Of a stretch of 64,000 nt of DNA, positions 11,389 through 20,405 are shown one piece after another. Source of the DNA: Hyaloraphidium curvatum SAG 235-1 (taxonomy: Eukaryota > Fungi > Monoblepharomycota). The position numbers and the translations under genes are program-made. The number at the start of each line of letters is the position of its first letter. The first letter of the stretch is position 1. The stretch spans positions 412,667 through 476,666 of the forward strand of contig JAIVFI010000040.1 of assembly GCA_025558095.1 (NCBI GenBank), in the 5' to 3' direction. The notes below the pieces were generated by a model. It searched no databases and was not told the DNA's origin. It saw nothing but the letters and a program-made list of their open reading frames with translations.

Positions 11389-13694
11389 TCACCCTTCCTT
11401 CATGGCGCTGAGTTCGTTGAAAACGGCGATGAAAGCTGGTCGCATGGAGGGGTCGTGATCCCAGCAACGCTCCATCAAGGACCACAGCCGGTCGTCGGTT
11501 CCTGGCGGCTTCTCGGGCCTTTTCCTGAGGACCGCAACTTGGTACATGAGCTGGTGTGGAGAGACTTAGGGCGGGGCCCAACAGCTCCGGGATGCCGTGC
11601 CACTCACCGCTGGAATGTTGGTCGCGTTCTCAAACGGATACCTTCCCTTGCTGACGACCTCGTACATCAGCATGCCGAACGCATAGACGTCGGCGGGAGC
11701 CCGCAATGGCTGTCCCTCTAGGATCTCGGGCGCGACGAAGCCGGGGGTCCCCGAAATCCCGCCGGGAGCCGTGGTCGCCTTGGAAGCGTGGTGCCGCATC
11801 CGCGATAGTCCGAAGTCCGCAATGACGGCCCTTTCGCCGTCCACGAGGACGTTTGCCGCCTTGATGTCGCCGTGCAGGATGTTCCGGGTGTGCAGGTAGA
11901 CCATGCCCGCCGCGGCGTCGCGGAGATACCGAATCCCCGTTTGCGGATCCCAGTTCTTCGCGGCAATAGCTTTCCGCAGGTTCCCGTCCGGCATGAATTC
12001 CGAGATGAGCATTGGAGGCGACTGGCAGAACGCCATTAGGGGCAATACTGTTCGAGTGCGTGTCAAAAGCGCAAGCAGACAACGCTGGTCATTACGCACC
12101 GTTCCGATGGATGAGACCGTGCCACGTGCGTGCTTCCTTCAAAAACACGGCCCAGCCTTCCGCATCCAAACCGCCCCGGAGCGTCTTGACGGCGACTCTA
12201 GTCGTGCCAAACAGGATCCCTTCGTAGACCGTGCCGAAACCCCTTTCTCCGACAGGCTTCGTCGAGTCCACAACGATCTGGCCGGGCTCGATGAGAAGCT
12301 TGTGAAGCGGATCGGATGTTGCGACGAGGTCCGAGGGCTCTCCCGGGGAGCTAGACGGAGAGATGGCCGCCGCAGCAAGAATGCCCGAACCAGCTCCCAG
12401 TGGGGATTCTGGAGCGTCTGTGACATCAACCGGAAGGACAGCTGGGGATGCTCCGGCGGGAGTGCTGGAAGATTCCGACCCTGGCTCCTTCTTGGGAGGC
12501 AAGGCGACGGCGGTGTTCTGCGTCTCCTTCGAAACAACGGTGTTCTGCGAGAGAAGAAGTTGGCTGCGTTCCGCCATCGTCTGCGAAGGTGCTCACCATG
12601 GCAAGTGTAGGCACATCCGATGATGCGGAGTCCGGAACACTTGCAACAATGGCCATAGCTGGTCTAGCAGTAGCGGTTGATGTGATATCTTTGGCCGTTC
12701 CCTTATCCTGTCCTTGAAACCTAGCAGGCGCCGCAGGTGGTGGGGCGCCTCCTTTCTCAGTCTCCTTAGAAACGGTGGCGGCAGCAGGAGCCTCGGATTT
12801 CCGGCGCCGCGACCAGAGAATGAAACCGAGGATGGCTCCAACCGCCGCGAGGCCTCCGATGACACCGCCAAGTATCGCTCCGATCGGCGCTCCACCTCCG
12901 CCCGTATCGGGGGGCGGCACCACTGTAGGAGTCGCGGTTGTTGAGGTTGTGGTTGTTGTCGCGACCGTCGTCCTCGAGGTTGAAGTCGCCAAGGCTGACG
13001 TCGTGACGGGGTCGCTAACTCTCGCGCAGTCTGTATTGATCCGGTAAGCGGCTCGTCACTGCCCGCAAGCCACTGTGAAAACGCCTACTTCCGATGGCGC
13101 TGAAGCTGCCGACGGGAATGACGCTGCAGTTGCCGTTCAGGACGATCTGGATGCCGGGGATGGGCGACGCGCAGGCGGCGTCAGTGAAGGCGTCGATCAC
13201 ACCGGTGCCGTTGGCGTTGCAGATGGCCTTGCCCGAGCCGGGGATGCCGATGGCGCTCAGCGAAGTGCAGGAGCCGGCCCTGACGGCGGTCACGCCGAGG
13301 GTCTGGCTCAGGTCCGTGGTGTTGCAGTTGGTGTTGAGGAAGATGCGGCCCTCGGCAAAGTCGCCGACCGTGCCGGGCGGGTAAACGGGGGCAAAGGTCG
13401 TCGAGCACGTGGTGATGTTGGAGAATGGGCCGTCGATATTGCACTTTCCGGTCTGGGCGACGACGATAGGGTCCGTGCAAGAGGGAACGTATGGGCACCA
13501 CGGTGATGACCTGCGCCTGACCTTAGGGCGACCAGGCCTTAACCAAAGGCCAGGCCATAGAACAACGAAGGTTTGCCCCACCAGCGCAATTGGGGTCCGC
13601 GAAGGTCGCGAACGAGAAGTAGAGCAGCGTCCCCTGAGCCGCCGCGGGTCGCGTCAAACAGGCGAAGGCCAAAAGAACGATAGCACGCTGCCAT
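11389..13694 (-). CDS. Single-pass receptor-like kinase (Cys-rich ectodomain, Thr stalk, TM, TKL-type kinase); 5' end apparently damaged or remodelled
   Basis: Introns 13031-13088, 12545-12596, 12048-12099, 11551-11607 join the ORFs in frame; TM IGAILGGVIGGLAAVGAILGFILW-SRRRK; GERGFGTVY, VAVK, HGDIKAAN, DFG, GTPGFVAPE, DVYAFG, CWDHDPSMRP; start codon uncertain. Confidence 0.8.
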
Positions 13695-13920
13695 AGCGAG
13701 GAAGCATCGTCCCGAGACTGCTGCCGGCGAGGTCTTGGCGAGGTGGGGACCCTGCCACCTCCCGAAAGTGCCGGCGGGGAGACGGGAATCCTGCGCCGTG
13801 GAGAGGTGGGGCAGCGCGGCGGAGGCGCGGTCGAGGGTTGTCGCATTCCTCGGAGTGAGATTCGACCGGCGTTTTGGACAGTGGGCGCCGTCGGTGTCTG
13901 AAGGCGAGAGAGACGGAGGC

Positions 13921-14450
13921 GGGGCACGATCAGCATCACCTCGTCCGGGTCGACGGGCCGGCCGCAGGGGAAGGTGATCTTGAGCGCGCGGACCCATCGG
14001 GCGTTGGAGAGCAGCCCCTCGGCGGTTTTGATCCAGAAGACCTCGGCCGGACAGCTGATCTATGCGGGGCGCACGCGCGGCTGCGTCAGCGCGGCGGCCC
14101 AATCGCCGGCGTCGGCAGATCGCAGGTCCAGCTGGTCGAGCGCGGCGGCGTCGCGCGGGTAGGCAGAGAAGTCGGGCATGTTGCGGCCGAACGTAAGGCA
14201 GAGATGGCGGAGGCGCGGGCAGCAGCGGTCGAGGAAGGCGATCAGCGGCTGGAAAGCCTCGCCGTCGGGGCCGCCGAGGTGGAGCTCATCCAGGGTTGCT
14301 GCGGTCCCGACGGCGTCCTCCATGCGGCGTGCAAAATTAGTCGCCCCGTCGAGGTCGTGGGCGGTGGCGTAGAACACCTTCAGCTTGCGCGCAGAAGCAG
14401 GGAACTTCCAGAGGTCGGGGAGGTGACCGCTGCCCGCAAAGGAGAGCGAA
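13921..14450 (-). pseudogene. Truncated inverted copy of the F-box/LRR-like gene (matches about 27631-28159)
   Basis: Near-identical peptide (ELHLGGPDG..FQPLIAFLDRCCPRLRHLCLTFGRNMPDFSAYPR); GAG changed to TAG at 14060-14062; lacks both ends. Confidence 0.85.
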
Positions 14451-14501
14451 TAGCTGCTTCTCGACATCGATCGTCTCTTCAGTTGCCGTGTGATCTGCTG
14501 G

Positions 14502-15287
14502 TCAAGAGTTCACTCCTTGCCAAGGCCGCCAAGAGCGGATAGTCGCGACCACTGACGAAAGTGGCCAGGTCCGTCCGAATACACCGTCCGAGGGGGATGC
14601 GCTCCTAACCTCCGGAGCAGGTAGCTCGCGCCTGCGATAGTACTTGCTGGTCCGTCCGAGAATGTAGCAGCCGTGCACGAGACCCCTCTCCCTGTCCGGC
14701 ACCGGATCATCGTCCCGGATGACTGGCAGCGCGTCCCAGACGTTCGGTTGGAGGGCCCTCTTCATGCTCTCGTGCGGCCACAACGGCCCCGCGAGGCGGA
14801 GCTCCAGCGTCCCGCGCCGCTCGGCGGAGAGGTTGAGCGTTTTGGCGGTGGCGTTCTTCAGGCCGGCACCATCCGTGGCGTGCCCGAGGAGAACGCCCCC
14901 AAAGCTGGGGCCGTCCTCGGGGAGGAGCACGTACACGTGCGGCTTGTCGAGTCGCCCGTACTTCTGGAAGACGGTTTGGGGGGGCGGTGCTGGTGCGGCC
15001 GGGCCGTGAAAGTCGTGCGTCCGCCCGACCACGAATCCGGGCTCGGGGACGTCCCCGTCGCCGATAGGCGCCGCGGCCGCCCAGAGCACGTCCGAGCCGC
15101 CGTCCGTCGGGCGGAGCGGACCGGCGCTTCGGAGCTCCAGCGTAAGGCGGCGCGACGGGGACAACGAGAAGGCGTCCCCAACCGCCGCAGCGAGCTGCGC
15201 GCCCGTCGCGGCCCCGGGGACGGCGACGGCGACAAACTCCGGCCCTGACTCAGGCAAGCATACGGAGAACACGGCGCCGGTCGCCAT
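14502..15287 (-). CDS. Protein with two tandem ubiquitin-fold-like (Crinkler header-like) repeats
   Basis: Internal repeat V.LPE.GP.F......A..GA.L..A....L.LS..RR.TLELR.AGPL.P...W.A...I.D.D.....G...GRT. Confidence 0.55.
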   Translation of the reverse strand: MATGAVFSVCLPESGPEFVAVAVPGAATGAQLAAAVGDAFSLSPSRRLTLELRSAGPLRPTDGGSDVLWAAAAPIGDGDVPEPGFVVGRTHDFHGPAAPAPPPQTVFQKYGRLDKPHVYVLLPEDGPSFGGVLLGHATDGAGLKNATAKTLNLSAERRGTLELRLAGPLWPHESMKRALQPNVWDALPVIRDDDPVPDRERGLVHGCYILGRTSKYYRRRELPAPEVRSASPSDGVFGRTWPLSSVVATIRSWRPWQGVNS

Positions 15288-15579
15288 TTGACGCAAGGGC
15301 GGGCAGGGAAGGCCGAAGCTGTTCACCGCTCCACCGCTGATCACCCTTTACCTCCTACGTCGCCCTCATAAAAGGACGCGAAAGCCAGGGCGCAACCCGC
15401 TCGATCTATTTCGTCCAGACTTTCTCGATGACGACGAGAAGGAAGCCGGTGCAGAGAGTGGTTACAATCGTCCGCCCCCACAGCTTCCACAGTCTCTTGG
15501 CCTGCGCCCAAACTTGAGATGACCAAGGCACTTCGACAGCTGGAAAGGAGTGAGATCGAAGCAATCGTAGGCCATGGGT

Positions 15580-15921
15580 TCACGCACCTGTCCGGACTTC
15601 GCTCTCGTTCGGCGCCGTCGTCGCCAGCACCATGAAGCCAGGCTCAATCAGCCCAGCAAGGGAGTCGAAATCCGGTTCCGTCCACATCGACCGACCAGCA
15701 TTGGCGAGTTCAAGAATGTGCGTCTGATGCTCTTGATCGAATCGCAGATTGCCGTTCACCATGGGCGGCATCGGCACCTTGTGAAGCGTGACGCGAGCGA
15801 GCGGAACGCTCAGTTCGTCCGCGCACCGCCTGCGGAGGTCACCAATCGAGTTGAATTGGTTCCGATCCAGTTCCAGACGGCGGAAGGGGTCCGTCGCCAG
15901 CGCAAGGTGAAACGACGACAT
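15580..15921 (-). CDS. Small Crinkler-N/ubiquitin-fold-like protein
   Basis: SIGDLRRRCADELSVPLARVTLHKV resembles CRN T(V/I)GDLK...LTLWKV; EPGFMVLAT echoes EPGFVVGRT of the neighbour. Confidence 0.45.
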   Translation of the reverse strand: MSSFHLALATDPFRRLELDRNQFNSIGDLRRRCADELSVPLARVTLHKVPMPPMVNGNLRFDQEHQTHILELANAGRSMWTEPDFDSLAGLIEPGFMVLATTAPNESEVRTGA

Positions 15922-15949
15922 GTTGTTGACGTGGCGATCACGACAATTG

Positions 15950-16730
15950 ACCGCGAGGTCCTAATCGGACCACTGGACAACGACACCACTCGTGACGAGA
16001 TGTTGTACTGCCTTGGTATTGCGCCGGGGTGGTTGGCCGCCTTCCTCGCAGACGGCCGTTGCCGGTGCACGCTTGACTGTGGACGGGCCCCCCTGGACAT
16101 GGCTGCCTTTGTCCATCCGCGCGTCTGCTCGAAGGTCGGCACCGGCCAGCGGCACAAGCGTTACGTGACGCACCTTGCGAGCGGCTTCGCCGAGGGGCTG
16201 ACGCCTCGCGGCGCTCACGTTGCCTGCCATCATACGGAGTACCTTCGCCACGCATGGACTTATCACTATCCAACTTCAACCTGCGACCGTTCGTGACCAA
16301 GGTCGGGATGCTGCTGACAACGTCATCCTCCAGGTCTGCTGGCGCCCTGTGCTAATCGACCCCACCGTGGTGACTCCAGCTATGCTCCCGCACAGCACGC
16401 ACGACCGGCCTTGTCGCTTCCAAAGCCGAGGCGGACAAGATCACGCCGCTGCACCAGCGGTTGCTATTTCCGACCCCTCCCCTGTCGACTTTTAACCGGC
16501 GGCTCTGGAAACCTTTGGTCTGCTTGGCCCCAAGGCCAAGGCTCTTATTCAGGCCGCCGCTTGGCGCGCCATCAGATCCGGCAGGGTGCCGAGGGCAAGG
16601 ACGTAGACGGTGACGAGCTGATGGCCCGCTACACGGGTCGGTTGCGCGCCCTCGCAGGGGTGGGGCGTATGGGATGCCAGGCTCAGATGCGGAAGTTCCG
16701 CGAGGCTTGCCTTGTCCGCGGCCATCTTCC
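15950..16730 (+). mobile_element. Decayed, 5'-truncated RLE-type non-LTR retrotransposon (CRE/Cnl1/MoTeR-like): zinc knuckle plus restriction-like endonuclease
   Basis: CRC..CG...D...VHPRVC....QRH knuckle, then ADNVIL..VLIDPTVVTP, VASKAEADK, F*PAALETFGLLGPKAKALI, broken by frameshifts and a stop at 16493; lower GC. Confidence 0.7.
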
Positions 16731-17216
16731 CGCGCCTGCCCTCAGCGGTGGAGAGATGTGTAGGCCCGGGAGAGTAGAAGTGATCAGACCCGGTCGCGGC
16801 ATGGAAAGCAAAGGCCGGGTCTGGGGACCGGCAAATGGGCGATGGGTGCACTGGTTCCTTGCCAAACGCATCCCGCTAATGTCAATGATGAGCCACCGAT
16901 TTCTCCTCTATACTTCCAACTACAGCTGGCGCTCAGGGGAGCCGGTGGATGGGCTCCATTGGAGCGGACATTCCGACTCGGCTCAGCAGGCGCTCGGCGG
17001 CCGCCCCGGCCGGATTTCGGCGCTTTGGTTATGCGGGAGAGGGCCTATGAAAGGCGGCGTCGAATCGAGAGCTTTCTCTTCCGCCATTAGCTCTCACGGG
17101 TCGCTCAATGACGGGCTTTTCCGCCGGAATTGAGGATTCACCTCCGCGAGTCCGCCGGACAGGTAAACCTACATTACGAACCGCAATTGGCAATGTAAGC
17201 GGAGACATGAGCAATT

Positions 17217-19505
17217 TCACCGGTAATCCAGCAGGTTCGGCATCCCCGGCCCCACCGCCGGCCCCGTAACGCCCCACTCCCCCAAGACGACCCCCAGGGA
17301 CAGCTCCTGCACCTCCCTCTCCTCCTCCTCGACATGCAGCCCCGACCGCGCGGGGTACTCCTCCGCCGAATACGTCTCGCACACCTCGACCTCCTCCGCG
17401 AACCTGACCCTCCTCCCGGCCTTGCTCCCCGAAGACACCGACGCGCTCGCGATCGACCCAAAAAGCGGGCTACCCCCGGCCCCGGCATGCTCGTCCCCGC
17501 GGTGCGCCGCGCAGACCCAGCAGTGCCCCTCGCTCCCCCTCCCGGCATGCTCGCACCCCCTCGCCGCTTCCTCCCGCCGCGCCATGACGAGCATTTGCAC
17601 CTCTGCCCGGCCCAACCGCACCTCGTCCCCTTCGAGCATCGACCTCAGCAGCACACGCACGGCCTGCGTCTCGGGCTGCCTGCTCCCGTCCAGGAGATCC
17701 AGGCACGCCGAGACGTCACCGACGATGCGGGAATGCAGCTCCAGCGCCCTCGCCCGGTCCGAAAGCGGCGCCGCCGAGACCATCGCCCGGAACCGCTGCA
17801 GCACCGCCAGCATCAGGTAGGCGGCGTAGCACGCCGCGAACCCGGCGTGGAAAAAGAGCATCGAGTTGCCCAGCTCCGCGGGGGTGAACTCCGCAGACAG
17901 CTCGCGCGCGGAACGGGCGGCCAGCATCGCCGCGCGGAGGGCGGTGCGGAAGCTCGGGGTGCGCATCCACGCCCCCGCCAGCGGGTCGGCGGCGGCGTCG
18001 CTCGCGAGGCAGGTCCCACCCCCGGGGAACAGTTCGGGGGCGTTCAAAAGGATGAGCCACAGCCTGGCTCGGGAAAAGTGCCCGTGCACGATGAGCTGCA
18101 TCGCGCGGGGGACGGGCACGGCGAGGGCCATGGCGCGCACGGAGGCGGAGGAGGCGGCGGCGGCCACGTCGGGTGGGAGGGCCGAGGTGAATGCGTGGTG
18201 GGCGTCGAGGAGGAAGGCGCGGCGGCGGATGGCTTCGGGGAGGTGTGGGTTGGAGAGGAGGCGCGGGCGGTAGTCCGATGGGAGGAGATCGTCCGGGAAG
18301 GGCGGGGCGCCGGGGGCGAGGATGGCGTCGGCCACCAGCACGTCCGTCATCGAAAGGCCGGCCTCGGTGCGCAGCCACGCGGCGTACTCGGCAACCTTGA
18401 CGATGGCCAGGGAGAGGATCTTGGAGACGTTGTGCGTGCCGTCGCGCTTGATGTTGCCAACGGTGAATGCCAGGGCCGATGCGCGGGCGGCGCGGTCGAG
18501 GGGAGGATCGGCGCACGGGTCCAGCCAGCGGAAGAAGCCGCCGGATGTGGGGCGCACGGCGTCGGCGGCGAGGAGCTCGGGCGGGATGCGGTCGTCGGCG
18601 GTGCGGCGCGAGGGCGGGGGAACGCAAGCGAGGAGGGACATTGGGAGGCCCACGGGCAGCGTGGGGAACTCGTTGACGGGGTCGATAACGGGCCGCGAGA
18701 GGGTGGATGCGGCGACGACGAGGTCGAAGTTGACCGCGACGCCGTAGGCGCCGATCCAGTGCTCCCGGATCAGAAAATCGTCCAGCGTGCGCACGGGCCT
18801 GCCGACGCCGCGCTCACCGGGGACTCCCGCGCGGCGCCACACGGCTGCCACGCGCTGCGCCCCGGCCCGTGCGACGGCCGAGTTGTTGAGCACGATGTGG
18901 GCAAAGGCCAGGTTGGCGGCGAGGCAGATGGTCAGCATGAGGGTGTCGAGCGTGTGCAGGTCCACGTCCTCGCCGCGGTCCGCGCGGGCTGCCGCGGCCC
19001 AGAAGTTTGCGGCATAGTCGTTGAACAATTGTTCGAGGCGCTTTTCCAGGCGGGCGGCGAGGGCGGGCAGGGGATGGGGCGAGAAGCCCGGGTGCCATGC
19101 GGCGCCTGCGGGCAGCACGCCGGCCGCCTGGGCGCGGAGGGTGGCCAGTGCCCCGTAAAGCAGGGCCAAGGATTCCAGCAGCGGGTGCGAATAGAGCTCC
19201 GCGACCCGGCCCCCGTTGGCCGGTGTGGCCCCCCGCGCGGCGCCCGAGCCCGCCCCCGGCCCCGCCCCGGCCGGCCCCCCGCCGGCGCCGCCCAGCGCGA
19301 CCTCCTCGAACGTGTCTCTCAGGAACGGCGACGACGCCTCGGCCGGGAACGACGCCATAAAGGCGCGGAGCAGGAAGCCCCGGCCGTGCGGCGACAGCGC
19401 GGCATCGCCGCCGTCCGCCGCCGGCGCGGGCGACCCCTCGCCGCCCCTCAGCGCCGCCGCGGAGGGCGCAAGCGGCGGCGACGGCGTCGCCACCCTCGCG
19501 GGCAT
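17217..19505 (-). CDS. Fungal-TF middle-homology-like protein with C-terminal CHCC motif and RVxF PP1-docking tail (paralogue of 59791-62247)
   Basis: Uninterrupted ORF; W.RTPSF..AL.AAMLAARSAR..FTPAELG; CEH..CWVC; RRVRFAEEVEVCETYSAEEYPAR. Confidence 0.75.
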   Translation of the reverse strand: MPARVATPSPPLAPSAAALRGGEGSPAPAADGGDAALSPHGRGFLLRAFMASFPAEASSPFLRDTFEEVALGGAGGGPAGAGPGAGSGAARGATPANGGRVAELYSHPLLESLALLYGALATLRAQAAGVLPAGAAWHPGFSPHPLPALAARLEKRLEQLFNDYAANFWAAAARADRGEDVDLHTLDTLMLTICLAANLAFAHIVLNNSAVARAGAQRVAAVWRRAGVPGERGVGRPVRTLDDFLIREHWIGAYGVAVNFDLVVAASTLSRPVIDPVNEFPTLPVGLPMSLLACVPPPSRRTADDRIPPELLAADAVRPTSGGFFRWLDPCADPPLDRAARASALAFTVGNIKRDGTHNVSKILSLAIVKVAEYAAWLRTEAGLSMTDVLVADAILAPGAPPFPDDLLPSDYRPRLLSNPHLPEAIRRRAFLLDAHHAFTSALPPDVAAAASSASVRAMALAVPVPRAMQLIVHGHFSRARLWLILLNAPELFPGGGTCLASDAAADPLAGAWMRTPSFRTALRAAMLAARSARELSAEFTPAELGNSMLFFHAGFAACYAAYLMLAVLQRFRAMVSAAPLSDRARALELHSRIVGDVSACLDLLDGSRQPETQAVRVLLRSMLEGDEVRLGRAEVQMLVMARREEAARGCEHAGRGSEGHCWVCAAHRGDEHAGAGGSPLFGSIASASVSSGSKAGRRVRFAEEVEVCETYSAEEYPARSGLHVEEEEREVQELSLGVVLGEWGVTGPAVGPGMPNLLDYR

Positions 19506-20405
19506 CCGGTGGAATCCGGGATGGTGACTTCGCGCGGTCCCCACCAGCCGCCGCGGCCCGCCCGACCAGGATCCCGCGCAACGCATCCCCATCCCCGACG
19601 GCCGCACGCGAACAAGTGATCGCCGCATGCGGGCATGATCCTCGCTGTGATCGCCTGCATCTGGCCTTGTTATCCCGAGCCTTCCGCGCTCTGCCTGCCG
19701 GCAGGACGCAACCCGGCAGATCCTGGTCCCCTTCCGGGACTCGCCACCACCGCCCGCGCCCCGCACTCCGCGATCCGCACCGGCGGAATGCAGCCACGTC
19801 ACAGCCCACGTCCAGGTCACCATGTTCCCTCGGAGCGGCCCCGACTTGCCACCGGCGGCTCGGCCGCACCCATCCGTGGGGGCCCAGGCCCAGCGGACCC
19901 GCGGGACACCGGCACTTTCGCCCGCCCTCGGCAGCTTGCTCCGTGGACCCCTCTGGGAAAAGGGAGGCCGTGGGGATGGAATGCTGTGCACGGTCCGGGC
20001 GGGGGCGGGTACGACGATGCCGTGTCCTGGAAAGGGGGGAAACGATCCCCGCGTGAGTCACCGCGGGTCTGCGGCGATGCGATGCGATGGTCGGGGATCC
20101 GACGTCCGGGACGGGGCGATCGGATCGCATCCCCCGACCTCGATGCTCGCCCGCGTCGCGACTTGACCATTGTATTCGGGAAAGGAAGGAGGGGAGGGTG
20201 TCGCCGAGCTGCCGAGCTCGGGTTCTCTCGGACCTCAACACCGTCTGTGGCAGGTCGCCGCTAAAAATAAACGGAATCAGAGCAGATTGCCCCAGGGCGT
20301 CGGCCCGATGCATCGCGCTCCGTGTATCTCTGGGCTTCGACGGGGACAACGACGCTGGCCGCGCGTTACTCGCGTTGGTGGCTCTCGACTTGATTCCCGC
20401 ACACT

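Noticed and set aside
9586-11721. Long ORFs such as 9586-11721, 17334-19619, 24737-26788, 26488-28479, 51165-53117, 57423-59291
   Set aside because: Antisense or off-frame shadows of real genes; Arg/Gly/Pro-rich with no motifs, as expected at this GC
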